NCBI GenBank assembly: GCA_020057405.1 | Contig: JAGVFW010000003.1 | Span: forward strand, 141,893 to 205,892 | Origin: an archaeon | GTDB lineage: Archaea > Micrarchaeota > Micrarchaeia > Norongarragalinales > UBA97 | Reading direction: 5' to 3' | DNA: 64,000 bases | Part shown: one piece after another, positions 40,501-50,551 of the stretch | Layout of the letters: each line of letters begins with the position of its first letter | Position numbering within the stretch: position 1 is the first letter of the stretch | Made by a program: the position numbers and the translations under genes | Notes under the pieces: model-generated | The model's input: only the letters and a program-made list of their open reading frames with translations | Told to the model about the DNA's origin: nothing | Database searches by the model: none

Positions 40501-43500
40501 ACGAATTACGTCACCCGCGGTGCTGGAGTGCAAATCAACCAAGGACAGGCCAACACTTTCTCCACTTGCCTCAACAGGCAAGGCGAGACTGGCGGAGGCG
40601 GGGGCGAGACCGTCGGCGGCGGGCCCATCAACAACTTAAGCGAGTACCGCATCAACATCGACCCTGCTGCAATCCCAGTCCGTGACGGAGTGTGGGAAGT
40701 CGCAGGATGGCTTCGCGCAACAGCCGCAGTTCCAATTCCCGCAGGCCGGGTGTTCGCCGAGTTTGGCGACGACGGTAGGCCCGACAACCAAGTTGTCGTG
40801 CGCAGCAACGCCTCAATCCGCATTTACGGCACTGGTCAACTAGTCATCGAAGCGACGCCGGTGCAAATCTACGCAGGCACTGACACGCGCGTTGTCGTCG
40901 TCATCAGGACTGCACAAGGCGCACCCGTAACCAACACCATCTTGAGTGTAAACAACATTGACGGCACCGACTCGCCGTTTGGCAGCCAATACAGCAACGG
41001 CGACGTCCAACTCGTCGGCGATAACACGCGCGACCGCGGGCAGGACGGCAGGTACGTCTTTACACTTAGGCCGCTTCGCTCGGGCACATTTACATTTGCA
41101 GCGGGCGGCAACTATGACCCGCGCTTTGCCTCCGGGGTCCTCTTAGAGAATGTCGTGCACCACAACTTCGCGGAAGCGACGCCAGCGTCACTATCGCTTG
41201 GCTGCACTGCGCAAACGCTTAGCGTGCGCAACTCACTCGACTACTCAAGCGCCCCGATACAGGTTTTCGTCCGCGAAAGCTGCGTGACCGTGACGGGTGC
41301 GACTTGCGGCACGGTAAACGGCAACACCAACTGCTCTTTTGTCCTCGAACCCCTGGCGGAAAAGACTCTCACGATAACGCCAAAGTTCTCCGGCGACTGC
41401 CCGATCGTCGTTTCCTCAAATCCGGCGCCGCTTCTGCAGTCCAGCCAAACGGTTGGCACTTCAATCGACTGCGCGCAGCTGGAGAGCTCCTGCGCCATCT
41501 CTTTTGACAAGGACTTTGTGACAGGCGGAGCGCAGGGAACGGTGCGGGCAACCGCGACTTTCGCCAACCTGCGGCCAAGCGACCCTGCAACCAACATCAG
41601 CTGCGATTACCCTGATGCCGAGGGCACGCGCGTTGGCATTTCCGGCGGAGTAGCCCGCCGCCAGTGCACTTACGCCGAAGTCGGCGGCTTTACTGAATTC
41701 ACCGTCCACGCGGTAAGCGACGGCGGAGTCGAGTGCAGCCAAACGATTACGGTCCTCCCGCCCTCTTCAGTGCCAACTTGCTCCCTAACGTCAAGGCCAA
41801 TCAATGGAACGACGATTGCGCGGCTTAGCGCGGACTTCTTCAACCTGCCAACTTCAATCCAGAAAGCGTTCTTCTTCTGCACGCCCAACGACGACCCCCA
41901 CGAGGTTGACGTCACCCCAAGCGAGGGCGTCGCAAGCGCTACTTTCGACTGCGACTACGCGACGCAAAACGGCGGGCTCTTCAACGCAAGCGCCGCGGCC
42001 GGCACTGCATTCTGCTTTAACCCGAATGTGCGGCTAACACCACAGGACTCTTGCGCCTTGGGCGGCGAGCAACTGCGGTTCGGCAACTGCTCTACTTCAG
42101 CGTCGTGGCTGCGCTGCGACGAGTCGCCCTCAAACCCTGCAATTGCGCAAGACGCCGCCTGCTGCAGCGAAGTGCTAGGCAGCGGCAGGGTGCTAAAGAA
42201 CAGCCCATCAGTCCACTGCGGTCCAGTCAACCCGCCCCAAGGCAAGTGCGATGACGGAATTGCAAGCCCCGGCGAATGCGGCAGCAACGGGGCGGCGCCA
42301 CTGCCCTTGCGCTGCGGCAATGACTTTACGTTTGCAACCGACGGCGCTTGCTGCGCCGAGGTGCTCGGCTACACTTACGACGCCAGCAGGCACGCGTGCA
42401 TCAAGCCGTCAACTGCAGGCAAGTGCGTCGTTACCGATGGTACCACTAATGTCGTCACCGACTACGGCGTGTGCTCAACCGTTTACTCTGGCCAGAAATG
42501 CGAGGGCGACGCCTCCGCACCTGCACTCAAGGGCGAGAACGCCTGCTGCCCGCAGGGACAAGTCTACAACGACAACGCAAAGAAGTGCGTGCCGTCAAAC
42601 CAGGGCTCAAGCTCTTGCAGCAGCTTTGCCGACCCCGGCCGCTCAAACTGCTTGAGGCCAAACGCAGTCGGCGTGCCTGCACCATTCCAGTGCTCTGACA
42701 GCACGCTACAGCAGGAGGGCGCCTGCTGCACCAACATTGTCTCTAACGGCAAGAAGTTCCGCCAGAGCACTGACGGGAACTATTGCGTTGAAATCCCGGC
42801 TAATGAGCTTACACCCGACTGCACGCTAAATGTCACGTCATACACGCGGGGTAGCGTGAGCGAACAGGGTAGCTTAAACGCGACGCTAGTTGCGCTAAAC
42901 GGCTTTGGCGGCGGTAGCGGCAAGTTCGACTACTCGTGCGACCGTGGCGTGGCGCAAACGCGCACTCAAACATTTACTATTTCCAACACCCCAGGCGTGA
43001 CGAAAGGACTGCAGTTTAACTGCGACTACCCGCGCCAGTGGCTCGACTATTCAGTAATGCCGGCCACTGCAGCGATTGTAAGCAACAACGAACGCCAGGC
43101 CAGCATTGCCTGCACCTTGGGCGGCCCTGCCGATGTCATCCGCGACGGAGTGATTATCGTGCGGGGCACGAGCGGTGCCAACCTAACGTTCACTGCAAAA
43201 GCTTTTGCCGGCTCGACAGACTGGACGCAACTGACAGAGCGCCTCTTAGGTCCGCTCTCTAGCGTGACGCTCAAGGTGAAGGCGACGTCGCTGCCAACTG
43301 GCGTTACCTCGAGTCAAGTGCACCTTACTTTCGTCTGCGACTCGAGCGAAGAAGAGTCGCAGCAGCAAATGACGGCCTCGCGGACCGAGCAAAACACTTG
43401 GACTGGCTTCTGCAGCTACGCTTCAGCGCGGGGCACGGCCTTCCCGGCAACCCATTCCGCCCGCGCGTTCTACCAAATCGAGGCGACCAACCAAAGCGGC

Positions 43501-46500
43501 ACTTTCATCATACCACCAGTGCCCGCAGGCATCAACGCGGGCTTCCCGCCAATACTAGAGTACGACGCTCCCGTTGCAGCAGGCTTTGCTGAATTCTCTG
43601 GCCTGCCTTACGACGTGCTTCATGCTGCCACTCCACAAGACCAGTCAATGAAGGTAGGGCTTAGCGCGCTTTTCACCGGCCTGCCGCCCTCAATCAACGC
43701 TCAATTCACTACCGACTGCGGCAACGGCGGACAGACGGTTCAGGCAAGCGCCCTTGCAAGCACTGATGGGAAGGCGACTGCGAAGTTCAACTGCACTTAC
43801 TCCTCGGGAACTCCCCAGGACTTCACGGTAAAGGCGCGCTTTGACTACAAGGGGCTTAGCGGCAACCGCATTCTCGCGGCGAATGCAGAAAACACGGGTT
43901 CGGTTGCTTACGCCCCGTCGGGCTCGAATGCCGCGTGCACGTTTGACACCCTGCCGGCGCAAATCATTGCGGGCGACCCCAACTTGAACAACTTCCAGCC
44001 CATAGCCCGCGTGCTTGGCCTGGTGAAGGCACCCAAGTCAGTGCGCATCGACTGCGGCAATGGCGCTCAGGTTGACGCCCGCCTCGAGAACATCGCAGGC
44101 GAGGGCCAGTCGGTTGCAGTGAAGGCAACCGCGAGGACGGCTTGCCGCTACGACTTTAGCTTCCTGCAGGAGGGAGGCACTCAAGTGCAATTCAAGGACG
44201 CTCAGCTGGCAGTGTTTGTCGACGGCGGCGACTGCGAAGTTGCAGGCGGCAGCGAAGTGCACGTCGTTTCCGACAACAACACTCCGACCCTTGCGCTTGC
44301 GGGTTTTGAAGTGACGCCGGCGACTGGCGACCAACTCAACCAGGACGGCAGCGTAAAGACGCCCGGCACTAATGCGGTTGCAAGCTTCACCCCAACCGCA
44401 ACGGCCGCACACGCAATCGCGGACGCGACTTTCAGCGCGAAGATTGACTGCGGCACTGGGAGCACAACCGCGGGAAGCCCGACGACAGTGCAACTGCCTG
44501 ACGACGGCAGCGGAACCGTGTTTGCAGCTGATGGCCAAAGCAAGTGCGAGTACAAGCCAGTTGTCGCGGACGCGCAACGCAAGATTACCGTTTCACTCTA
44601 CCGCACTGCAGGTTCCAAGACGAACAAGGTCGGTTCTGTGCAAAACACGTTCACGCAAGTCAAGACGCCTGCGCAGGGCGCGGAGTTCCAAGCCTGCAAC
44701 AACCCGATGATGATGATGCTCATGTTTGGGCAAATGAGCGGCGAGGTAGGAGTTGACCAGGGTGTCGAGAACTCCGAGCGCGCGGCCCTGCTTCGGGCCC
44801 AGGCGCAAAAGCTTGCAGACCAAGGGAAAGCCATCGTGCTCAATGCAGACGGCTTTGCAACGAGCCCTGCTGCAACGAGCCGCACGGCTTACTTGTCTTC
44901 AGTAATCGGTTCTTTCGCCACCGAACCCGTTCCGGTCGTCAACCTAGTGCCATCAGCCAACCCCATAACTTTCGACGTCAACGTCCCTGGCGACGGCGCG
45001 TCCTGCCTTACGCCGTCAATCTACGGCGGCACTCCCAACGGGCAGTCAAGTGTAAAGCTTAAGACCGGGCAGACCGCAGCGGTTGCCTTCAGAATCAACC
45101 CCGCCGGCTGCCAAAACATCGCCCAAATCGGAGTCGAGATACGCGCCCAGGTCTCTGGCTCTCCACGCAGTTCAATCATCATCGTCAGCATAGTCAAGCT
45201 TAATGGCCTTGACGCGTACAAGTCGGTCACCGCACCCGGCAACACGGCGGTTCAATTGAGGACAAAAGCTGCAAACCCGCAGGAGCCGTTCGTCATCAAC
45301 GCCCAGTACCAGCCGCTTGCAAGGGACGCGTTCCCGCAGGGCGTGACTTCAGCGATAGTGCCGTTTGATGCGGCGAAACTCGAGAAGCTCGTGGCGTTTG
45401 ACGTGGTGGGCAACTCGCTGTCTTCCGACCCGAACGCTGCCCTTGGCTGCAGCGGCAAGGACTTCTGCACGCCCAAGCAGGCGCAAGCCGCGGCCGACAA
45501 GCTGGCAGGCGAAATCGCCGCCGCAATCGGCCCGGTTTCGTCCAAGCGCACTGACTCGGTTCCCCAAGACACGTACATGCGCGCGCTCGCCGACGAGCTT
45601 TACAAGCAAAACTCTGTTTTCGGCAACCAAGTCCAGCAAAACGGCGGTCTTCAGGGCGGACTCTTCAGCAGCCCGCTCGGGCTCTTGGCAATGGGCGGGT
45701 TTGGCGGCAACACGGGCGGTTCGCAAGCCTGCGCCGCGATGATGCAGTGCACAATAATGATGAAGCAGCTGCTCAAGAACAACGCCGCCCTCGGCCCCGA
45801 CGCACAGGCGCTTCCACTCATCTTCTGCTCTGACAAGAAAGTGCAGGAATCGCTCTCAAAGGGCGACTCGAGCCAGTTCACCAACCTGTTCATACTCTCG
45901 TCGCTTTCCAACCGGGTCCAGCAGCAAAAGGGGACGATCAAGACCGGCGGCGGTTACGTGATAATGCGCGGACAGGGCCAGGGCGCACAATCCAACTACC
46001 CGCTTTCGATTCCAATACGCGTTTCGCAAACCAAGGACAGCGAGTCTTCAATGCAGCAAATCACCTGCGACATCAGAAGCGAACTTGACGTCAAATGCAG
46101 CCCCAAGCCTATTACGAACGGGCGCGTCGGCCAGCCGTTCCTCGACTCAAGCGGCATCGTGCAGTTTGATGAAGGCAAGCGCAACCTCTACACAATGAAC
46201 AAGTACGGCGCGACCGACGCAGCGGACTGCCACTACCACTGGAGCTCCAACAACCTAGTTGACGACACTAGCGGCTGCAACATACCCGCCGTGCTAACTG
46301 CAGTCAATGGCCTGTGCTCGGACAAGCCAAACGGCGTGTGCGCGGCCCTTGTGATGAGCGAAGGCAAGCTCTACCGCGGCCTCGTCTCTGGGCAGGGATT
46401 CCCAATACCTATCGACTATGTCAATGCCGGCACCGGCTTCAAACGCAACACCGAGATGACCGACGACCTCAAGGCGTTCCTCCTTGATGAAGCAAACGCG

Positions 46501-47679
46501 GGCACCGCCATCAAGCAACTGCTTGACGCCAATCCCGGCTGCGCAGCCAAGGCAGGCACCGACGCTAACGGCGTGGCAATCGCCTGCGGAAAGGACAAAC
46601 TCAAATTCAACCCGGCTGTCCTGCAGCAACAACAACCGCAGCCACCGAAGGACTACCTCGTAGGGGGATTGCCCGACCTCAACGATAAAGGCATCAAACT
46701 CACACTACAGGGAAGCGCGCTGCAGCTTCACGCAGTCCAGTTCGGGTTCCTGCCGGACGAAGGCGGGTTGATACACTTGCAAGTCAGCAGCAACAAGTTA
46801 AAACTCTCGATTCCAGGCTATGATCCGACGTTCTGTGCAACGGACAAGGCAGGAGAATACACCGAGGATAACTGCATTGTAACCTTCAGTGAAGTGTTCA
46901 GCCCGAGCAGCCTCTGGGTGCAGATGCCGCGTGGCAACAAAGTCGACGTCGTCATGGCATACGCAGGCTACAATGGCGGCGAGTACGCAGGCAAATCCGA
47001 CACCCTGACGCTCCAACCGCCAACCACCGCAACTTTCACCGTAACGCCGGCCACATATAACTCGGCAACTGAAACGCCATTCACCATCACCCGCAATGGA
47101 TACCGCGGGAAAATCACGGCAGTCGGCATGCGCGGTACGACCGAAGCATCAACTTTGAACGTCGATTCAAACACCTACAAACTCGCTCCGGAAGGCTACT
47201 CTAGCGTGGTGTTCAAAGACGAGTTCGGAAAAGCTGTCACGGTTACCCAAACGGCGCCAGACACTTGCCAAGCGTTATTCAACAAACCAACTGTCGAAGT
47301 CAAGGCCGCCCTGATTGCCACGCAAGTGCCCGGCAGCGTGCGCGTGGAAGTCAACGGCAAGATAACCATTGCGCGAAACCCCAGCCTAGCGCCAGGCCAG
47401 AACGTTATAGTCAAGAAAGCTGAATTTCAAGCCTACCTATCGAGCAACGACAAACAATTGAGTGGAAACAACGTAGTAGTGGACGCAAACACTCCGCTTG
47501 TAATCCCCATCGAACCCGAGCCAGGCTGGCATTTCGTAGACATTACCAGAAGCGATTGCAACGGGGCAGGCAAGCCGTTCCTGAGGATTAACTACGACGA
47601 TGACTTTATCGGGGGCGAGAAGACCTACACTTGCTACAACGACGCCTGCGACAAGCCACCCGCCGAGCCCACGACTTAG
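37510..47679 (+). CDS. Giant N-anchored surface protein B (3389 aa), paralog of protein A
   Basis: YHQLEDKYYDLCDWL N-terminus, TM, carboxypeptidase-regulatory-like repeats, PT linker, Cys-rich block. Confidence 0.87.
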   Translation: MGEGEQSEGSGGIYHQLEDKYYDLCDWLVEKGMPVYQYWVEPIEKNGVPSFPISVIILFALLFAIGFGLGAFGGVGNIFAPQTASLDVSVLADGAAVAGAQVSLTIDGGKTFTATTDSGGTVSFSGLPKGARGVIEVTKDGYGVLKRAVVIGEPVTASLQASEVTPPPSQRTVVTFVDEKTQTPLDGVKVVYRDSKLGVQELASSADGKAELPVSDDTVTIFVSYDNYKPTREVITAGSTNKIVFLTAVTSPPPEGCTGVNCPQPKASVAVTVVDPDGNPVDGLVQLFESGNTAGPKSARTANGVALFEDAKAAGVTVYAVFTPDDTATFGNAQSESLTLAEGSNDLVVTVATRPLEGTIKIDLTVQDDAGSKISGARVMLFLAGSTDPVSIQETNELGIASFEAASNVEKVAIAYSPGLLPSDKLLMQSTSQYGTLVLKKPIAGNSGKVKVAVTDTDGHTQVAGADVELRYFEDNYPLGMPPIQTNEVGEALFELVPPDKRFIAVASYGAQRGKSAGFTGSAGNTVNVPVKLDKARGDIAILVRDPISHNPIANANATATVQRNPAGQCATNGQGTCVIKNVEANTAVTLSVNAPGYVVKTIDGLSVPALGILSVIIEDDLVPAALANESRLHVALYDPSCGTPIASSAIEKGRTYCVRVDFNLPTAQANPVGFNVRINGDGTADADFASVTYFQDLDVLRLTPDKLTIKRSNDYATAAGYSCDDAHRKSANKPIKWVNYEFQNVQGNKAILLKVFVKPSAQNGDKLSLNYFSYAARDGRFYRVPQDAVLSTQRSTAARDWCQATSSTAEYTIADGTVAYSKDGALGISFSQAKDGPRASSLATQPGNGFFVHFSGRLFSAPTAPFINVYFADPAGNKRAYALFNEFSYSIGGISLAASRIDFQSPTPSPSPDPTPTPTPSPTATPSPTPNATATPSPTPPPGPTNLTVTVTTCSSGSPLAGATVNAGNDIRNTDSHGVAFFPAMAPGQVQLSISATNYVTRGAGVQINQGQANTFSTCLNRQGETGGGGGETVGGGPINNLSEYRINIDPAAIPVRDGVWEVAGWLRATAAVPIPAGRVFAEFGDDGRPDNQVVVRSNASIRIYGTGQLVIEATPVQIYAGTDTRVVVVIRTAQGAPVTNTILSVNNIDGTDSPFGSQYSNGDVQLVGDNTRDRGQDGRYVFTLRPLRSGTFTFAAGGNYDPRFASGVLLENVVHHNFAEATPASLSLGCTAQTLSVRNSLDYSSAPIQVFVRESCVTVTGATCGTVNGNTNCSFVLEPLAEKTLTITPKFSGDCPIVVSSNPAPLLQSSQTVGTSIDCAQLESSCAISFDKDFVTGGAQGTVRATATFANLRPSDPATNISCDYPDAEGTRVGISGGVARRQCTYAEVGGFTEFTVHAVSDGGVECSQTITVLPPSSVPTCSLTSRPINGTTIARLSADFFNLPTSIQKAFFFCTPNDDPHEVDVTPSEGVASATFDCDYATQNGGLFNASAAAGTAFCFNPNVRLTPQDSCALGGEQLRFGNCSTSASWLRCDESPSNPAIAQDAACCSEVLGSGRVLKNSPSVHCGPVNPPQGKCDDGIASPGECGSNGAAPLPLRCGNDFTFATDGACCAEVLGYTYDASRHACIKPSTAGKCVVTDGTTNVVTDYGVCSTVYSGQKCEGDASAPALKGENACCPQGQVYNDNAKKCVPSNQGSSSCSSFADPGRSNCLRPNAVGVPAPFQCSDSTLQQEGACCTNIVSNGKKFRQSTDGNYCVEIPANELTPDCTLNVTSYTRGSVSEQGSLNATLVALNGFGGGSGKFDYSCDRGVAQTRTQTFTISNTPGVTKGLQFNCDYPRQWLDYSVMPATAAIVSNNERQASIACTLGGPADVIRDGVIIVRGTSGANLTFTAKAFAGSTDWTQLTERLLGPLSSVTLKVKATSLPTGVTSSQVHLTFVCDSSEEESQQQMTASRTEQNTWTGFCSYASARGTAFPATHSARAFYQIEATNQSGTFIIPPVPAGINAGFPPILEYDAPVAAGFAEFSGLPYDVLHAATPQDQSMKVGLSALFTGLPPSINAQFTTDCGNGGQTVQASALASTDGKATAKFNCTYSSGTPQDFTVKARFDYKGLSGNRILAANAENTGSVAYAPSGSNAACTFDTLPAQIIAGDPNLNNFQPIARVLGLVKAPKSVRIDCGNGAQVDARLENIAGEGQSVAVKATARTACRYDFSFLQEGGTQVQFKDAQLAVFVDGGDCEVAGGSEVHVVSDNNTPTLALAGFEVTPATGDQLNQDGSVKTPGTNAVASFTPTATAAHAIADATFSAKIDCGTGSTTAGSPTTVQLPDDGSGTVFAADGQSKCEYKPVVADAQRKITVSLYRTAGSKTNKVGSVQNTFTQVKTPAQGAEFQACNNPMMMMLMFGQMSGEVGVDQGVENSERAALLRAQAQKLADQGKAIVLNADGFATSPAATSRTAYLSSVIGSFATEPVPVVNLVPSANPITFDVNVPGDGASCLTPSIYGGTPNGQSSVKLKTGQTAAVAFRINPAGCQNIAQIGVEIRAQVSGSPRSSIIIVSIVKLNGLDAYKSVTAPGNTAVQLRTKAANPQEPFVINAQYQPLARDAFPQGVTSAIVPFDAAKLEKLVAFDVVGNSLSSDPNAALGCSGKDFCTPKQAQAAADKLAGEIAAAIGPVSSKRTDSVPQDTYMRALADELYKQNSVFGNQVQQNGGLQGGLFSSPLGLLAMGGFGGNTGGSQACAAMMQCTIMMKQLLKNNAALGPDAQALPLIFCSDKKVQESLSKGDSSQFTNLFILSSLSNRVQQQKGTIKTGGGYVIMRGQGQGAQSNYPLSIPIRVSQTKDSESSMQQITCDIRSELDVKCSPKPITNGRVGQPFLDSSGIVQFDEGKRNLYTMNKYGATDAADCHYHWSSNNLVDDTSGCNIPAVLTAVNGLCSDKPNGVCAALVMSEGKLYRGLVSGQGFPIPIDYVNAGTGFKRNTEMTDDLKAFLLDEANAGTAIKQLLDANPGCAAKAGTDANGVAIACGKDKLKFNPAVLQQQQPQPPKDYLVGGLPDLNDKGIKLTLQGSALQLHAVQFGFLPDEGGLIHLQVSSNKLKLSIPGYDPTFCATDKAGEYTEDNCIVTFSEVFSPSSLWVQMPRGNKVDVVMAYAGYNGGEYAGKSDTLTLQPPTTATFTVTPATYNSATETPFTITRNGYRGKITAVGMRGTTEASTLNVDSNTYKLAPEGYSSVVFKDEFGKAVTVTQTAPDTCQALFNKPTVEVKAALIATQVPGSVRVEVNGKITIARNPSLAPGQNVIVKKAEFQAYLSSNDKQLSGNNVVVDANTPLVIPIEPEPGWHFVDITRSDCNGAGKPFLRINYDDDFIGGEKTYTCYNDACDKPPAEPTT

Positions 47680-47755
47680 CAACCACGAATTGCCGCCTTC
47701 CGCCGCCTTAAAAACGCTTTTCCTACATAAGTAATTCAAGCTGTTTTGGTGGATT

Positions 47756-48868
47756 TTGTTGGATATTCCGAACCCGTATCTTGGCAGGGACTACCGCGTT
47801 TACATGGTAGTGCCCGTAGTGCTAATGCTCATCGCGGCATACTTCGTGCTCGTTAACCCCGGCCTAGAGCAGGGAATCGACTTGAAGGGCGGCCTTCTTA
47901 TCACGCTTCAGACAAGCAAGCCCGTCGACACTCCGGCACTGCAGGCGGCGCTCTTGAAGTACTCAAGCAGCGTTGAAATCCGCACGATTAGCACTCCAAG
48001 CGGAGGCACTGGCGTTGAAATCGAGCTTGAAAACAATCCCGAGCTAGAGCAGGCGGAAGCCGACGTAAAGTCGCTTTTAGAGCTTGACAGGACGCTTACC
48101 GACGCCGAGCTTGCAATAGCGGCGCAAAACGGCACTGGCGACACCAGCCGCGTGACTGCCCTCAAGACCCAGATTTTCGCCCAAAGCAAGGCAATACTCG
48201 CATCAATCCGCTCGCAGGCCGTTGTAGGCGACGACGCGCACGAGACAGTCCAGGTTGTTGCCGACGAGCAGGCCGCTGCAAAGGCAGCCTACCGCGAGAC
48301 CCTCATTAGCGAAGTGAAGCGGCTAACGGGCACGAGCGACCTGAGCTTCCGCGAAGTCGGCTCGTCGCTCTCCAAGTTCTTCCTCACAAAGACGCGCGAA
48401 ATCGTCCTACTCGCCTTCGCCCTCTCGGCAATAGTCATCTTCCTCGTCTTCCGCTCGATTGCCCCAAGCATTGCAGTCATCTTCGGCGCGGTTGCCGACG
48501 TGACGATTACGATGGGAGTAATGGCCCTCGTCGGCATTCCCCTCACGCTTGCAACTATCGCCACCCTCTTAATGCTCATCGGCTTTTCACTCGACACCGA
48601 CGTCATGCTTACCATGCGCGTGATTAAGCGAAAGGAAGGCACGGCAGAAGAGCGGGCGTTTGAGGCACTCAAGACCGGATTTCTCATGAACCTGACGACC
48701 ATAGGCGCGTTTGGGGCGCTCTACATCGTCGCCCAGTGGCTTCAAATCAGCACGTACGCCCAAATCGGGAGCGTGGCGCTCATCGGCGGCTTTGCAGACT
48801 TCATCGCCACCTGGATGTTCAACGCTGCGCTCATCCTTTGGTGGCACAATAGGGGGCTAAAGAAATGA
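47756..48868 (+). CDS. secF: Protein translocase subunit SecF
   Basis: GIDLKGG, VGSSLS, FRS, LMLIGFSLDTD. Confidence 0.92.
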   Translation: MLDIPNPYLGRDYRVYMVVPVVLMLIAAYFVLVNPGLEQGIDLKGGLLITLQTSKPVDTPALQAALLKYSSSVEIRTISTPSGGTGVEIELENNPELEQAEADVKSLLELDRTLTDAELAIAAQNGTGDTSRVTALKTQIFAQSKAILASIRSQAVVGDDAHETVQVVADEQAAAKAAYRETLISEVKRLTGTSDLSFREVGSSLSKFFLTKTREIVLLAFALSAIVIFLVFRSIAPSIAVIFGAVADVTITMGVMALVGIPLTLATIATLLMLIGFSLDTDVMLTMRVIKRKEGTAEERAFEALKTGFLMNLTTIGAFGALYIVAQWLQISTYAQIGSVALIGGFADFIATWMFNAALILWWHNRGLKK

Positions 48869-50520
48869 ACTACGCCGGCCTCCTTGGCAACAGGCGCATC
48901 CAAATTGTCATCTTAGTCGCGCTAGTGTCGCTAGCCGCGGTCTTGCTTCGCGACTTAAATCCCTCAACGCTTGACGTCAACCTAGGCATCGAGTTTGTCG
49001 GCGGAGTGAGGATTCCGGTCATGCTCGAGCACAGCATCGATGCAGTGGCTATGGACCAAATGGTCGAGACGGTAAAGACGCGCATCAACAAGTACGGCCT
49101 CTCACAGGCGGTCGTGCGGCCGGTTGGCGACAGCGAAATACTCGTTGAAATCCCGCAGGCAGATGACAGCGTGATAAAGAGCGTCGAGACGCTCCTAAAG
49201 GACCAAGGCAAGTTTGAGGCAGTGATTGACGGCAAGCTCGCGCTTGCTGGGAGCGACATTCTTGCAAACGCAGTAGGCGGGGCCAGCAACGAAGGCGTCA
49301 CGAGCACGGCTGGTGGCGGTGTTGGCTGGTACATTGGCTTTGCCGCATCGCGGCCCGGTGCCGAGCGGTTTGCCGCGGCGGCGACTGGAAAGGCATACTA
49401 CCCGGTCTACATGTTCCTCGACAGGCCCTCAAACGCGTCGATTTTGTTTGACAACGCTTGGCTCAACAACACTTCAGACTCGGCCCGCATCATGGGAGCA
49501 ATGCAAAAAGCGGTTGCCAAGCAGGGCGACGACCTCGAAATACTCTCGCCATCCGACTTTTCCAACAACACGCCGGCGTCATTGGCCACGAAAACCGTTT
49601 TCGTCGCAGACAAGGACCTTGCAACCGACCACCCCGACATCTACCGCAAGCTACAGCAACTGGGCTTCAATGAAACGCCGTCAACAAGCGGCAAGCGCTT
49701 GATTCTTTTCGAGCGGGCTGACATGATTCCCCTCACTTACGTCAGCGAACAGTCCGAGATGATTGTGAATGACTGGCGCGCAATTGGCCTGCTTTCTGGC
49801 CCGACCCTCTCCCCCGGCCTTGCAAACGGGTTTGTCTCGCAGTTCTACCAGGTGAATGGAGGCGCCCGCGGCAACACGCCCGACGAGCAGAAGAAGAATG
49901 CTATTGCTGAAATCAAGCACTTAAAGACGGTCATCAGCGGCGGGAGGCTGCCGGTTAGCACGTTTATCGGCTCAAGCTACACTGTCGCCCCGTCACTCGG
50001 CAAGCAGTTCCTCAACTACAGCGCAATCGGCGTGCTCCTCAGCGTCGCCATAGTCGCCGGTCTAATCGTCCTGCGCTACAGGAAAGTCCTCCTCGCCGTG
50101 CCCATCGTCATCATCAACGTCATCGAAATGGTGATTACACTTGCAATAGTCGGCACTTTTGGCACACTCGACTTGGCCGCCATGGCTGGCATCATCACCC
50201 TAATCGGCACTGGAGTTGACGACCAGATTATCATCACCGATGAAATGCTGCGCAAGAAGCACGCCGGCGAGGAAGTGCACGAAAAGAATGAGGAGGAAGT
50301 CCAGCGCAACATCAAGGCGCGCATCGGCCGCGCGTTTGAAATCGTAGTCACCGTCGCAAGCGTCGCAATCGCGACAATGCTGCCCCTCTTCCTCTCAGGC
50401 ATCGTCGAAATCCAGGGCTTCGCGCTCTCCTACATCATCGGCGTGCTCGTAGGCGTCTTAATCACGCGGCCCGCCTATGGCGTGATGGTGGGCGAAATGT
50501 TCGGCAGGGAAGTTAGCTAA
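48865..50520 (+). CDS. secD: Protein translocase subunit SecD
   Basis: LGIEFVGG, RINKYGL, GRLP, PSLG, IGTGVDDQIIITDE, ITRPAYG. Confidence 0.93.
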   Translation: MNYAGLLGNRRIQIVILVALVSLAAVLLRDLNPSTLDVNLGIEFVGGVRIPVMLEHSIDAVAMDQMVETVKTRINKYGLSQAVVRPVGDSEILVEIPQADDSVIKSVETLLKDQGKFEAVIDGKLALAGSDILANAVGGASNEGVTSTAGGGVGWYIGFAASRPGAERFAAAATGKAYYPVYMFLDRPSNASILFDNAWLNNTSDSARIMGAMQKAVAKQGDDLEILSPSDFSNNTPASLATKTVFVADKDLATDHPDIYRKLQQLGFNETPSTSGKRLILFERADMIPLTYVSEQSEMIVNDWRAIGLLSGPTLSPGLANGFVSQFYQVNGGARGNTPDEQKKNAIAEIKHLKTVISGGRLPVSTFIGSSYTVAPSLGKQFLNYSAIGVLLSVAIVAGLIVLRYRKVLLAVPIVIINVIEMVITLAIVGTFGTLDLAAMAGIITLIGTGVDDQIIITDEMLRKKHAGEEVHEKNEEEVQRNIKARIGRAFEIVVTVASVAIATMLPLFLSGIVEIQGFALSYIIGVLVGVLITRPAYGVMVGEMFGREVS

Positions 50521-50551
50521 TTTTAAAAGCCCCGCCGGCCTAAGGCTGTGC

